The notes under the pieces were generated by a model. The model saw only the letters and a program-made list of their open reading frames with translations. It was not told the origin of the DNA and ran no database searches. Both the position numbers and the translations under genes were made by a program. Of a stretch of DNA of 32,000 nucleotides, positions 8,397-17,139 are shown one piece after another; the stretch's first letter is position 1, and every line of letters starts with the position of its first letter. The stretch is from Promethearchaeota archaeon (GTDB taxonomy: Archaea > Asgardarchaeota > Hermodarchaeia > Hermodarchaeales > Hermodarchaeaceae), in assembly GCA_048938295.1 (NCBI GenBank), contig JBHLMI010000002.1:30001-62000 (forward strand), read 5' to 3'.

Positions 8397-9812
8397 CTAT
8401 TCTGAGGGGCGTCGCAATATTTCTCCATATTCAACAAGTGCAGCCATTCCTCGGGCTCCACGGATGGGAAGATGATAGGATGGAACACCAGCTACTCGAA
8501 GTTTATGCATCCGTTCACGGATTTCCTTCGTTGAGGGAACCGAGACCACGATGACTGGTTTCTTGCGTTGCGTAGAGGCTTCAACAATCGCTTGACTCAC
8601 CTGTTCAGCATCAAGTAAGGGAGTCATGAAGAGGGGAATCACAATAAGCCCATCAATTTCATCACAATCCAAAAGTGTGTTCATTGAAAAAGCAAATTGC
8701 TCTGCAGTCGCTGATCCAGTCAGGTCAATGGGATTTCGGACCGAGTAGAAATAAGGCAACTTTGTATGAAGGCGTTTTTGTAAATCTTTTGAAAGCTCAG
8801 GGGCTTCAAGGTTAAAATCGGCCAATGCATCTAAGGTCATTACACCGAAACCTCCGCCGCTGGTAATAACGCCAATGCGCTTTCCCTTAGCCGATGGTTG
8901 GTTAGCGAGTGCACGTGCAACATCGAAAAATTCACCGATGGTTTTTACTCGAATGACGCCTGCAGTTTCAAAGGCGGCATCATAAATTCGGTCAGTACCA
9001 GCGAGGGAGCCAGTGTGGCTGGAAACGGCTCGTGTGCCGGCTTCACTGCGTCCAGCTTTGATGACAATGAAGGGTTTGATTTTCGAGGCGCGTTTACAGA
9101 TCTCGATGAATTTTCGCCCACGGTTGATGGATTCTAAATAAAGCCCGGTTACTTGAGTATCCTCATCATCTTCCAGGTAATCGATGAGGTCTCCTTCGTC
9201 GACGTCAATGGCGTTTCCAAAGCTAACGAATTTACTAAATCCTATTTTTTCGTTGCAGGCAAAACTCATCACCGAACCGCCGACAGACCCTGACTGAGAG
9301 AGAAATGATATTCGCCCAGTATCTGGTCGAGGTGTGGTACTTGCAGGAAGAAATAGCGTATCAATATGAGTACTAGGGCTAAAGGTGCCTAAGCAGTTGG
9401 GTCCAAGAATCCGTATATTCCCTTGTTTCGCTAGCTCAAGGACCTCATTTTCGAGCTTGACACCATCGGGTCCCGATTCGCGAAATCCCCCGGAAACGAT
9501 GATGACATTGGGGACCTTCTTCTCAACGCACTCCTTCATGGCCACTGGGACATATTTGGCAGGAATAACGATGACTGCTAAATCTACTGGCCCTCCACAG
9601 TCTTTAAGGGAGCCATAGGTTTTGATGCCAAGGATATGGTGACCTTCCTTGGCTGCCTTGGGATTGATCAGGTATAATCGTCCAGGGAATTTTGCAGCGA
9701 CCATTTGTTCGATGATGATATGACCGATGCGTCCTGGGCGTCGAGAAGCCCCAATGATTGCGACGCCTTTCGGATGAAAGAAGCGATCGATTTGTGTTTC
9801 AATTGATTCCAT
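8397..9812 (-). CDS. acdA: ADP-forming acetate/acyl-CoA synthetase, alpha subunit
   Basis: CoA-binding GAS...IG, GPNCLG, SQSGSVG, phospho-His SSHTGSLAG, NPIDLTG. No ATP-grasp (beta) domain. Confidence 0.9.
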   Translation of the reverse strand: MESIETQIDRFFHPKGVAIIGASRRPGRIGHIIIEQMVAAKFPGRLYLINPKAAKEGHHILGIKTYGSLKDCGGPVDLAVIVIPAKYVPVAMKECVEKKVPNVIIVSGGFRESGPDGVKLENEVLELAKQGNIRILGPNCLGTFSPSTHIDTLFLPASTTPRPDTGRISFLSQSGSVGGSVMSFACNEKIGFSKFVSFGNAIDVDEGDLIDYLEDDEDTQVTGLYLESINRGRKFIEICKRASKIKPFIVIKAGRSEAGTRAVSSHTGSLAGTDRIYDAAFETAGVIRVKTIGEFFDVARALANQPSAKGKRIGVITSGGGFGVMTLDALADFNLEAPELSKDLQKRLHTKLPYFYSVRNPIDLTGSATAEQFAFSMNTLLDCDEIDGLIVIPLFMTPLLDAEQVSQAIVEASTQRKKPVIVVSVPSTKEIRERMHKLRVAGVPSYHLPIRGARGMAALVEYGEILRRPSE

Positions 9813-9917
9813 TGCTGACCACTCTTTGATAATTCAGACCTAACAAGACAGAAAGGTACTTTTCCCATCAACAACACCTTTAGGCTAATAAATGGATTTA
9901 CCTGTAACTGATAAAAG

Positions 9918-11216
9918 TTAGATTTTTGCATTCTGACAAGAAACTAATTTCTTCATCGCTTTTACGATGAGAAAGTCGGGTACCATTTGATCATTGAGGT
10001 AAGCCTTTCTTGGGAATTGTTGAACCACTTCTTCAGAAGCTTTTGGTTCACTCACCTCAACAAGTGCGAAATTATTTCTTACTAGTTCATTGAGGTATGC
10101 GCTTATCGGTCTGATGAACTGAATCGTTGACAGAGTTTCGGTATAGAGCATCGGTCTTTCATCAAAGTAATCGATGACGACTTTCATTCGGTCTTCATTT
10201 CTTTGGCTATCTCCGGGAACCCTGATCGTGTTGCAAACAGGCCAACTGAATGCCGGATGGAGAATACTAAACACGAAGATACCGTTTTCCTTTAACACCT
10301 GGGATATCTGCTGGAGTGTCGTTTTGTAATCCTCGATATCCATTAACGCCATATTGCAAATTACTTTATCAAAAGAAGATTTGCCAAACTTGTCTGAAAT
10401 GTACTCAGCGTTGAGTTTCACATACCGAATGCCTAATTGTTCTTTTTCTTCTCGTTCAATGGCAAAATCAAGCATTCTGGAAATGTCAATTCCAGTGACT
10501 TTTGCTCCTTCTTTAGCTAGATAACGGGCTACGTTTCCTTCACCACAAGCAACATCTAAAATTATCTCATTTTTGTGTATATCAAGCAAGCGATATAATT
10601 CGGGCAAAATGATGTGTTTGTGATGGTAATCCCCGCCTTCACTAAATTGGGACGCCCAAGTGGGGGCCGCCTCATCCCATAGAGTACCGGGACTAATTTC
10701 GTCAAGCGATTCTAATCGTTTCCATTGCCCACTTCTTCCAAGCGAGAGAACCCTTTGACGCCCCCAAGCCTCATGGGGAAACTCTTGTGACGCAATCTCA
10801 TCGTTCGGGCTAGGCTTCCATATAGCAATATCTTCTTCTAGTTGAAGGGCTCCAACTTGAGAGGGATGGGTGCCATCGTATTCGGCGAAATCTAGTGCAG
10901 GATTTATATTCCCACAATTTGCACAAGGAATGGTGTAGTAGTAATTATAGATTAGGAATTCTTTTTTGACCATTCTTTCTTTAGCACAGGCTAGGCAGGT
11001 AAATGTCTCACAAGTTGAACACCAGGCAATTCCGTTAAAGTGTCTCAGTTTGCCACAGGTGTTGCATTCATACTTCCAGTGAAGGGAACACCTTGGAGTA
11101 AAGGAGCCTACATCATGGGATGCTTCGTTCAAAGGATATCCCTTAACCACGTGGGCGTATTGGGAACAGTAGAAACACGAAACACACTCTAAAGAAGTCA
11201 TAAGTAATGAAAACAA
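9918..11216 (-). CDS. Cys/His-rich multi-zinc-finger domain fused to a class I SAM-dependent methyltransferase
   Basis: N-terminal CVSCFYC, CSLH, CNTC, CSTC, CLAC, CANC. C-terminal motif I LDVACGEG, GIDIS, FDKVICNMALMDI, LKENGIFVFSILHP. The start may be ATG 11201. Confidence 0.85.
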   Translation of the reverse strand: MFSLLMTSLECVSCFYCSQYAHVVKGYPLNEASHDVGSFTPRCSLHWKYECNTCGKLRHFNGIAWCSTCETFTCLACAKERMVKKEFLIYNYYYTIPCANCGNINPALDFAEYDGTHPSQVGALQLEEDIAIWKPSPNDEIASQEFPHEAWGRQRVLSLGRSGQWKRLESLDEISPGTLWDEAAPTWASQFSEGGDYHHKHIILPELYRLLDIHKNEIILDVACGEGNVARYLAKEGAKVTGIDISRMLDFAIEREEKEQLGIRYVKLNAEYISDKFGKSSFDKVICNMALMDIEDYKTTLQQISQVLKENGIFVFSILHPAFSWPVCNTIRVPGDSQRNEDRMKVVIDYFDERPMLYTETLSTIQFIRPISAYLNELVRNNFALVEVSEPKASEEVVQQFPRKAYLNDQMVPDFLIVKAMKKLVSCQNAKI

Positions 11217-11279
11217 AGAAAGTATAAAAAAAGCCTGCTGCCTTCCTTCAAGATGTGATTAGGTTCTGGTGAATGCACT

Positions 11280-12473
11280 GTGTCAACACCTTTGAAACCC
11301 GACAGAGTCCTTGTGCGGTATGGCGAAATTGGCTTGAAAACTCCTGGTGTTCGCCGTTACCTTGAGGGCTTACTTAGTAATCATTTAGGTGTAATGTTAA
11401 CCCGTCAAGTGGTGAGCTATTCTAAGATCACTCGCGAACGTGGACGCTTCTTCATCCAGACAACAGATGCTGAAACGGCTGCAGAAGCTGCGTCGCGAGT
11501 TTTCGGCGTTGTCTCGACTAGCCCAGTCTGGACGGTTTCATCTAATCCTGACAAGATTATCAATCAGGTTAAGGCGCTAACTTCTAGTTTCATTTCAGAG
11601 GGGCAGAGCTTTGCTGTAAGAGTCCGTCGCGTTAAAACGCACCCCTTTACCAGTCAAGAAATTGCATCCCAGGTCGGAGCAGCCATAATCGAGGTGACAG
11701 GACAGAAACACTCAGCAGCTCCCGTCGATCTGGATAATCCGAATGTTGAAATTCATATAGAAATCCGTGAGAAATCAAGCTACATCTTTACAACCGTCAT
11801 TGAAGGACCAGGTGGTTTCCCTTATGGGTCCCAAGGTACGGTTCTGGGCCTTCATTCGGGAGGTCTCGATAGCCCCGTCGCTCAATGGTTAATGATGAAA
11901 CGTGGAGCCCACGTTATTCCATTGTACTTTGGATCCGATGTTCCTCCAAAGCAGTCTTTGCGGACCCGAGCCATACAAAGTGCCAAGATTCTAGCGCAGT
12001 GGATTCCGCACACCAAAACAGAACTACTGATTATCCCTTATTATGAGATTCTCCGCCAATTATCAAGATCCAAGTATCCAAAGATAACTTGCGTTCTGTG
12101 TAAGCGGATGATGTATCGGATGGGAGCAATGGTGGCAGCACAGGAAGGGGCGAAGGCTTTGGTCACCGGTGAAACCTTGGGGCAAGTCGCTTCCCAAACA
12201 TTAGATAATCTAGCGGTGTTGGATTCAGCGATTGCCTTACCCATTTTCCGCCCCTTGATTGGAATAGATAAAAGTCAGACGATGAATCTAGCCCGTCGCA
12301 TAGGGAGCTACGATGCTTCGAGTAAAGATGTGGGCGATTGCTTTGCTGTGCCAAATAAGCCAACCATCGCTGCATCCTTAGAGCAAATCCATGAAGCGGA
12401 AGCAGCCTTAAACATCCCTGAAATAGTTACAAACGCCATCTCCCAGCTTGAACGTGTAACCCTTGCAAAATAG
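11280..12473 (+). CDS. thiI: tRNA 4-thiouridine(8) synthase with THUMP domain, no rhodanese domain
   Basis: RYGEIGLK, THUMP FAVRVRR, PP-loop SGGLDS, CVLCKRMM, GETLGQVASQT, RPLIG, distal Cys in GDCF. Confidence 0.95.
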   Translation: MSTPLKPDRVLVRYGEIGLKTPGVRRYLEGLLSNHLGVMLTRQVVSYSKITRERGRFFIQTTDAETAAEAASRVFGVVSTSPVWTVSSNPDKIINQVKALTSSFISEGQSFAVRVRRVKTHPFTSQEIASQVGAAIIEVTGQKHSAAPVDLDNPNVEIHIEIREKSSYIFTTVIEGPGGFPYGSQGTVLGLHSGGLDSPVAQWLMMKRGAHVIPLYFGSDVPPKQSLRTRAIQSAKILAQWIPHTKTELLIIPYYEILRQLSRSKYPKITCVLCKRMMYRMGAMVAAQEGAKALVTGETLGQVASQTLDNLAVLDSAIALPIFRPLIGIDKSQTMNLARRIGSYDASSKDVGDCFAVPNKPTIAASLEQIHEAEAALNIPEIVTNAISQLERVTLAK

Positions 12474-12512
12474 AAGAATTTAATTGCAGGAAGACAAGAA
12501 ATAGAAATTCTA

Positions 12513-12558
12513 GAAACTGACTTATAGATTAACCGCCGTTATTTCCTTTGTCAGTTTC
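12513..12558. promoter_or_regulatory. 9-bp perfect inverted repeat upstream of the HTH regulator
   Basis: gaaactgac (12513-12521) and gtcagtttc (12550-12558) with a 28-nt spacer. Function is inferred only. Confidence 0.35.
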
Positions 12559-12582
12559 CCCTCTGGTTGGTTAGGTGTAATA

Positions 12583-13272
12583 ATGTCAAAAAGAGCAATC
12601 GGTCGCGAGATGGACCGATACGAAATCGATCAACGAATCGTGGAAACCATCGTCCTGAAACCGAATGTGACCATCGATGGAATTGCCAAAGAAACTGGAT
12701 TAAGCTACACTGCCGTCCGCAACAGCCTTCAACGACTTCTTAATTTGGGTGTCGTCGTTGAAGCTGCTGACACAGAAAGGCAGGTACATCGGGGACGTCC
12801 TGCAACTTATTTCCGCATAGACAAAGGTTTACAGCTCTTCATTCCGCCTCGCCAGTTCAAACATCTCGCATTGACGCTAGTTAATCAAATGATGAAAGAA
12901 GAAGGCCCTGAGCATGTTGAAGGGCTTCTTGATCGAGCGGCAAAGCTTGAAGCAGAACGCCTTTCAATTGAATGGGAAAAGGAAAAAACTCAGCTAAAAA
13001 ATCTCAAACAGATAGTGCAAGCAATCTGTGACTACATTAACGAACAAGGGTGTTATGCTGAACCCAAACCTTTCGAAAATGGATTCTATGTTCATGTGAA
13101 CAATTGTGTCTATCATGGTGTATCCTCAAAATACCCTGGAACAATCTGTCGTTTCCATGAAAGCCTCATCACTCACTTAGCACATTATCATGACAAATCA
13201 CTCATCGTAATACACGAGCAAGCCATCGCAGAGGGAGCCCATAACTGCCGGTATATCATTTCTCGACGATAA
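12583..13272 (+). CDS. Winged-HTH transcriptional regulator with a Cys-containing C-terminal domain (SufR/V4R-like)
   Basis: HTH (IDGIAKETGLSYTAVRNSLQRL), wing RGRPATYF, C-terminal NNCVY...ICRFH...EGAHNCRY. Confidence 0.85.
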   Translation: MSKRAIGREMDRYEIDQRIVETIVLKPNVTIDGIAKETGLSYTAVRNSLQRLLNLGVVVEAADTERQVHRGRPATYFRIDKGLQLFIPPRQFKHLALTLVNQMMKEEGPEHVEGLLDRAAKLEAERLSIEWEKEKTQLKNLKQIVQAICDYINEQGCYAEPKPFENGFYVHVNNCVYHGVSSKYPGTICRFHESLITHLAHYHDKSLIVIHEQAIAEGAHNCRYIISRR

Positions 13273-13369
13273 TTTTTTCCATTTAACGAAATTTTAATCG
13301 GTAAGTTATGCTTTTAAACCATCCCGACTCAACATTGGCAGAACTTCCTATATTCTTAGGTGAATTCTA

Positions 13370-13690
13370 TTGGTAGACACTCCAAAAGAAGGCTTAGAAG
13401 CCATGGTCGGAACATTTGACTCCAACGCGGCTGCAGGCTGGAACTGCGTAATCGAAATGGACATCCAAGGCGACGCCAAATACAACATCACCATCGTAGA
13501 TCAGAAAATCAACTGGGGTGAAGGTCCTGCTGAAAAAGCAGACCTCATCATTACCATCAGCAAAGACGACTGGATGGCCATCACCAACGGCCAGCTCAAC
13601 GCCGTAGCCGCTTTCATGTCAGGCAAACTCAAGTCACAGGGTGACATGAGTCACCTGATGAAGCTCCAAAGCGTCTTCAAACTCGGCTAA
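13370..13690 (+). CDS. Stand-alone SCP2 sterol/lipid-binding domain protein
   Basis: ADLIITISKDDW, GQLNAVAAFMSGKLKSQGDM; AGGTGA SD before a TTG start. Confidence 0.92.
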   Translation: MVDTPKEGLEAMVGTFDSNAAAGWNCVIEMDIQGDAKYNITIVDQKINWGEGPAEKADLIITISKDDWMAITNGQLNAVAAFMSGKLKSQGDMSHLMKLQSVFKLG

Positions 13691-13751
13691 ACCCGTCAAC
13701 TGTTCTGAAACTCCTATGACCAACGCACCGTTGTTATCGGTGCTTGGATTC

Positions 13752-13793
13752 GAGTAGGGGTGGTATTACACCCACCCTTCTACTCATCTTTTT
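13752..13793 (+). terminator. Hairpin + T-tract terminator between SCP2 and the convergent small ORF
   Basis: gagtag/ctactc (13752-13757 / 13780-13785) plus gggtgg/ccaccc (13758-13763 / 13772-13777), followed by ttttt at 13789-13793. Confidence 0.6.
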
Positions 13794-13833
13794 CTACTTC
13801 AAGGACCAACGCATTCACCAGTAACTTCAAAAA

Positions 13834-14049
13834 CTAAAAGACTTCACGACCACGGGATTGGGCGTAGTCACTTTGATAGGTGCACATGGCGAGAATGGCA
13901 GCCACGATGACAATGATAAAGCAGATGGAAACAATAGCAAATGTGATGACGGGAGGGAGGGGAAGAAAGGGTCCGGTGATGAAGAGGATAATCCCGATGA
14001 TAGCAAAGGCTACAGCGATATAGATAAGCTGACTTGGATTCAATTTCAT
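13834..14049 (-). CDS. Small 2-TM hypothetical membrane protein (71 aa)
   Basis: GGAGG SD upstream, two hydrophobic helices joined by GPFLPLPP; 24 nt downstream of the aminotransferase stop. Confidence 0.7.
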   Translation of the reverse strand: MKLNPSQLIYIAVAFAIIGIILFITGPFLPLPPVITFAIVSICFIIVIVAAILAMCTYQSDYAQSRGREVF

Positions 14050-14073
14050 AGATGTGCATCCTCCGTGGATTGA

Positions 14074-15417
14074 TTATTTAACGGATTTCACTGCTTTGCC
14101 AAAGCGTTCGAGGGCGATGGCAATTTGTTCCGCAGTAATGGTTAATGGTGGGAGAAAGCGAATGCTGCTTCGTCCAGCTCCTAGAATCCAAAGTCGTTGT
14201 TTATTCACCGCGTTGTTTAGCACCGCATCGCGTTTCTTTGAATCATATGCATTGGTTGCTTTGTCCGTAACGATTTCTACAGCACTCATGAGACCACGCC
14301 CCCGTACATCCCCAATGATATTACTGGCTTCTTGAATTTCAGCCAGGCCTTTAAGGAGTTGTCGACCGCGCTTTGTCGCATTGCTGAGGAGCTCATCGCG
14401 TTCAATGGTACGGAGGACGGATAAGGAGAGAAGAGAAACGTAAGGTTCGGCCCCGAAGGTTTCTGAGTGACGGCTGTAATCTGTGAAGAGGGGTTTGGGT
14501 CCGATGGCAGCACCAAAGGGGAACCCTCCGCCTAAGGCTTTAGCTGTGCAGATATATTCAGGGACAATGCCGCCATGTTCGATGCTCCACCATTTTCCAG
14601 TTCGACCTAGCCCAGCTTGGACTTCGTCACTGATAATCTTGGTGTCGAGTTCATCGGCCAGCTTGCGGATTTCTGTGAACCATTTCACAGGTGCGGGGAT
14701 AATTCCGCCTTCACCACAGATTGGTTCTAGCACGATTGCGGCGATGTCGGTCCCGCCATATTCGATGCTGTCACGTAGATATTGGACGCATTCGAGGTTG
14801 CAGCTTTTTTCTTCTTGCCCGAATGGGCAGCGGAAACAGTAGGGATAGGGTCCTCGAATCACATCCAAGCCTTGAGGAAAGAAATCCTTTTGGATGTGTT
14901 TGCTAGCAGTCAGGGCTAGTGTGTAGCCAGTTCGTCCATGAAAGGCAGGACGAAAGGCGACGAAGCGAAAGCGGTGGCTATTATCCATTACTGACTTAAT
15001 TGCGGATTCAACTGCACGTCCACCGCTAGTGGTAAAGAAAACCTCTTTGGCATGATCTCCCGGCGTAATGCCTGTAAGTCTTTCAGCGAGAAGGATTTGA
15101 GGAATAAGGTCGAAATCGTGACCTGGAACTTGACGCATATATTCACTAATACGGTATTCGAAATCCTTTATGACTGGGTTTCGAATTCCTAAAGCGCGTA
15201 CGGCGACTCCTGCTGTCACATCCAAATATTGGTTTCCTTTCAAATCGTAAATCCATGGACCTTCGCCTTGTGTGTGGTCAACGATGGGATAGATATCCCG
15301 GCTTTGAGTTGTCTTAGCAACTACTTGTTCAGCACGTTGTATCCATTCTTTCGCGTTTTTTGTAATTTCCAACTCAGGACAGAGGTCTTTTAGCAACTCC
15401 TCGGCATCACGCTTCAT
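14074..15417 (-). CDS. Class III PLP-dependent aminotransferase (4-aminobutyrate/ornithine-type)
   Basis: YLDVTAGVAV, TTSGGRAVE, AFHGRT, LEPICGEGG, SDEVQAGLGRTG, PLP lysine in TAKALGGG. Substrate not determinable by eye. Confidence 0.92.
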   Translation of the reverse strand: MKRDAEELLKDLCPELEITKNAKEWIQRAEQVVAKTTQSRDIYPIVDHTQGEGPWIYDLKGNQYLDVTAGVAVRALGIRNPVIKDFEYRISEYMRQVPGHDFDLIPQILLAERLTGITPGDHAKEVFFTTSGGRAVESAIKSVMDNSHRFRFVAFRPAFHGRTGYTLALTASKHIQKDFFPQGLDVIRGPYPYCFRCPFGQEEKSCNLECVQYLRDSIEYGGTDIAAIVLEPICGEGGIIPAPVKWFTEIRKLADELDTKIISDEVQAGLGRTGKWWSIEHGGIVPEYICTAKALGGGFPFGAAIGPKPLFTDYSRHSETFGAEPYVSLLSLSVLRTIERDELLSNATKRGRQLLKGLAEIQEASNIIGDVRGRGLMSAVEIVTDKATNAYDSKKRDAVLNNAVNKQRLWILGAGRSSIRFLPPLTITAEQIAIALERFGKAVKSVK

Positions 15418-15560
15418 CTTTAACCAGCAACCCAGTATCTGTGCTTGCGTTAAGAAACTGAGAAGCTGTATTTAAGTTCCTGCTATTCGACGACAAGACA
15501 CCTCCCCTGACCAGGGGACTTGCTGAGTTAAATACGGCTTCCGTATTCTGGATAAATACA

Positions 15561-17072
15561 ATGAAGCCTGATTCCAAGCTTACAGCGTTAGTCCTGTTTT
15601 TTGTTGGTCTAGGATTTGTGGTCTTTGGAATGGTGAGTGAATTCATGTTAGGCGGTTTCCTTCCTAGCGAAGGGATGCAGAACCTGTATGCTAACGGCGT
15701 ATTCTTGGTTATTGTTACCGCGTTTTTTGCTGGGGGAATGATAATAATTCGTCGAGGATTGTTGGGTGAGTGGCAGTACCGCTATGATAGCATTATCTAC
15801 CTGATTACGGCAGTGATATGTCTCACCTCTGCTGTACAAACTACTTTTGGGTTACAAGCGGGTCATCCTTGGCTTGAATTACTACAAACCAATCCGATTC
15901 TGCTAAACATACTTTGGATGTTTGTCCTTCCACCAATTAATCCTTGGACAACCCTGTTAATCGGGGCCTGTTTGATCTTAATTGCCTGGTGGAATTACCG
16001 AAGCACTTCCCCTTTAAGAAGATTCCACGAGAACATTGAGTCTAAGATTGAAATCCACGACTCCGACCGATGGTGGGAAGTCTTGGTACGTTTGATCCGT
16101 ATTTCCGTATGGCTGGGATCTTTGTTTTTATTTATTCTTTGTTTCATTCTTCTCGGCAGTCCTCCACTGAGCCCATCCAATTGGGGGCTCCTTTATTTTC
16201 TAAGCACTTGGATAATTCTTCTTCGTGGAATCCTTGCTGTATGCTTGTTCAACTCAGCGATATTCATCGTCAACCAATTGGGTGATCTTGATACTGATTC
16301 TCTCCATCAAGTCAAAGCGAAGTTACCAATCAGTTCAGGAAAAATCACACAGAATAGAGCGAAATTAGTTGCATTAGTCCTTTTTTCTCTCGGTGTGATT
16401 TTTGCAGGACTCGTAAGCTTATTCTTCTTACTCCTTCTACTTGTGACTTACTTTTTCGCGTTTCTTTACTCGTTCCCCCCCATCCGGCTTAAAAGCCGCC
16501 CATTCCTTGATCTGATCATTATTGGAATTGGGTTCGGGTCGTGGGCTGTCCTGGCGGCCTGGGGATTGTATTCCTTTCTACCAATGTCATTCCTTCCCCT
16601 TTCTTTCTTACCAATCTCTCTCGTGATAGGAGCAGGAGTGTTTTATGCAGGAACGCATGGTATACATACGGCCTCAGACTATTCTGCAGACGCAGGAGCA
16701 GGAATTAAGACGACTGCGGTATACCTCGGACCGAGGAACACGACAAGATTAGGGGTGATATTGATCGGAGTAGGATTGCTTCTCCTGTATGCAAGTGTTG
16801 GATTATTCACCCACTTGTTTTGGTATGGATTACTCAAGTACAAAACCATCTTTTTGTTGATTTATCTCGGTTTGCCCTTCTTTGCACTCTTTCAGAAATT
16901 GCGGGGATGGCAACCTGACTCAGGTAAACGCCAATCTGAATTATATCAGATGCAACAGCAGGGACGAATGGTAACCTATCTCCTCTTCATTGTTCTGAGT
17001 GTCTATCTAGTTTTCTATGTCTTCCTCTTTTACCCTGTTTATTATCCACATTACTTCTTCCCATGGAGCTAG
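15561..17072 (+). CDS. UbiA-family prenyltransferase with an extra N-terminal membrane domain
   Basis: First acidic motif NQLGDLDTD...KLPISSGKI, YSFPPIRLKSRP, second motif SDYSAD..AGIKTTAVYLG; about 175 extra N-terminal residues with about 4 TM segments. Confidence 0.85.
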   Translation: MKPDSKLTALVLFFVGLGFVVFGMVSEFMLGGFLPSEGMQNLYANGVFLVIVTAFFAGGMIIIRRGLLGEWQYRYDSIIYLITAVICLTSAVQTTFGLQAGHPWLELLQTNPILLNILWMFVLPPINPWTTLLIGACLILIAWWNYRSTSPLRRFHENIESKIEIHDSDRWWEVLVRLIRISVWLGSLFLFILCFILLGSPPLSPSNWGLLYFLSTWIILLRGILAVCLFNSAIFIVNQLGDLDTDSLHQVKAKLPISSGKITQNRAKLVALVLFSLGVIFAGLVSLFFLLLLLVTYFFAFLYSFPPIRLKSRPFLDLIIIGIGFGSWAVLAAWGLYSFLPMSFLPLSFLPISLVIGAGVFYAGTHGIHTASDYSADAGAGIKTTAVYLGPRNTTRLGVILIGVGLLLLYASVGLFTHLFWYGLLKYKTIFLLIYLGLPFFALFQKLRGWQPDSGKRQSELYQMQQQGRMVTYLLFIVLSVYLVFYVFLFYPVYYPHYFFPWS

Positions 17073-17139
17073 AAGAGGAGGCTATCGGTGCCAAAGCTTT
17101 ATTTCACCCTCTAGGTATGATGTCGGCTGAGGATCTATA

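Noticed and set aside
7919-8488. 189-aa minus-strand ORF, and similar long shadow ORFs (4065-4442, 17912-18466, 20608-21108, 22158-22544, 2359-2742, 29708-30073)
   Set aside because: Antisense to well-supported genes with Ser/Pro/Ile-rich shadow composition; explained by the codon structure of the real gene.
15407-15646. 79-aa ORF possibly extending the aminotransferase by frameshift or read-through
   Set aside because: The aminotransferase is already full length for class III from ATG 15417, and this ORF overlaps the divergent UbiA gene.
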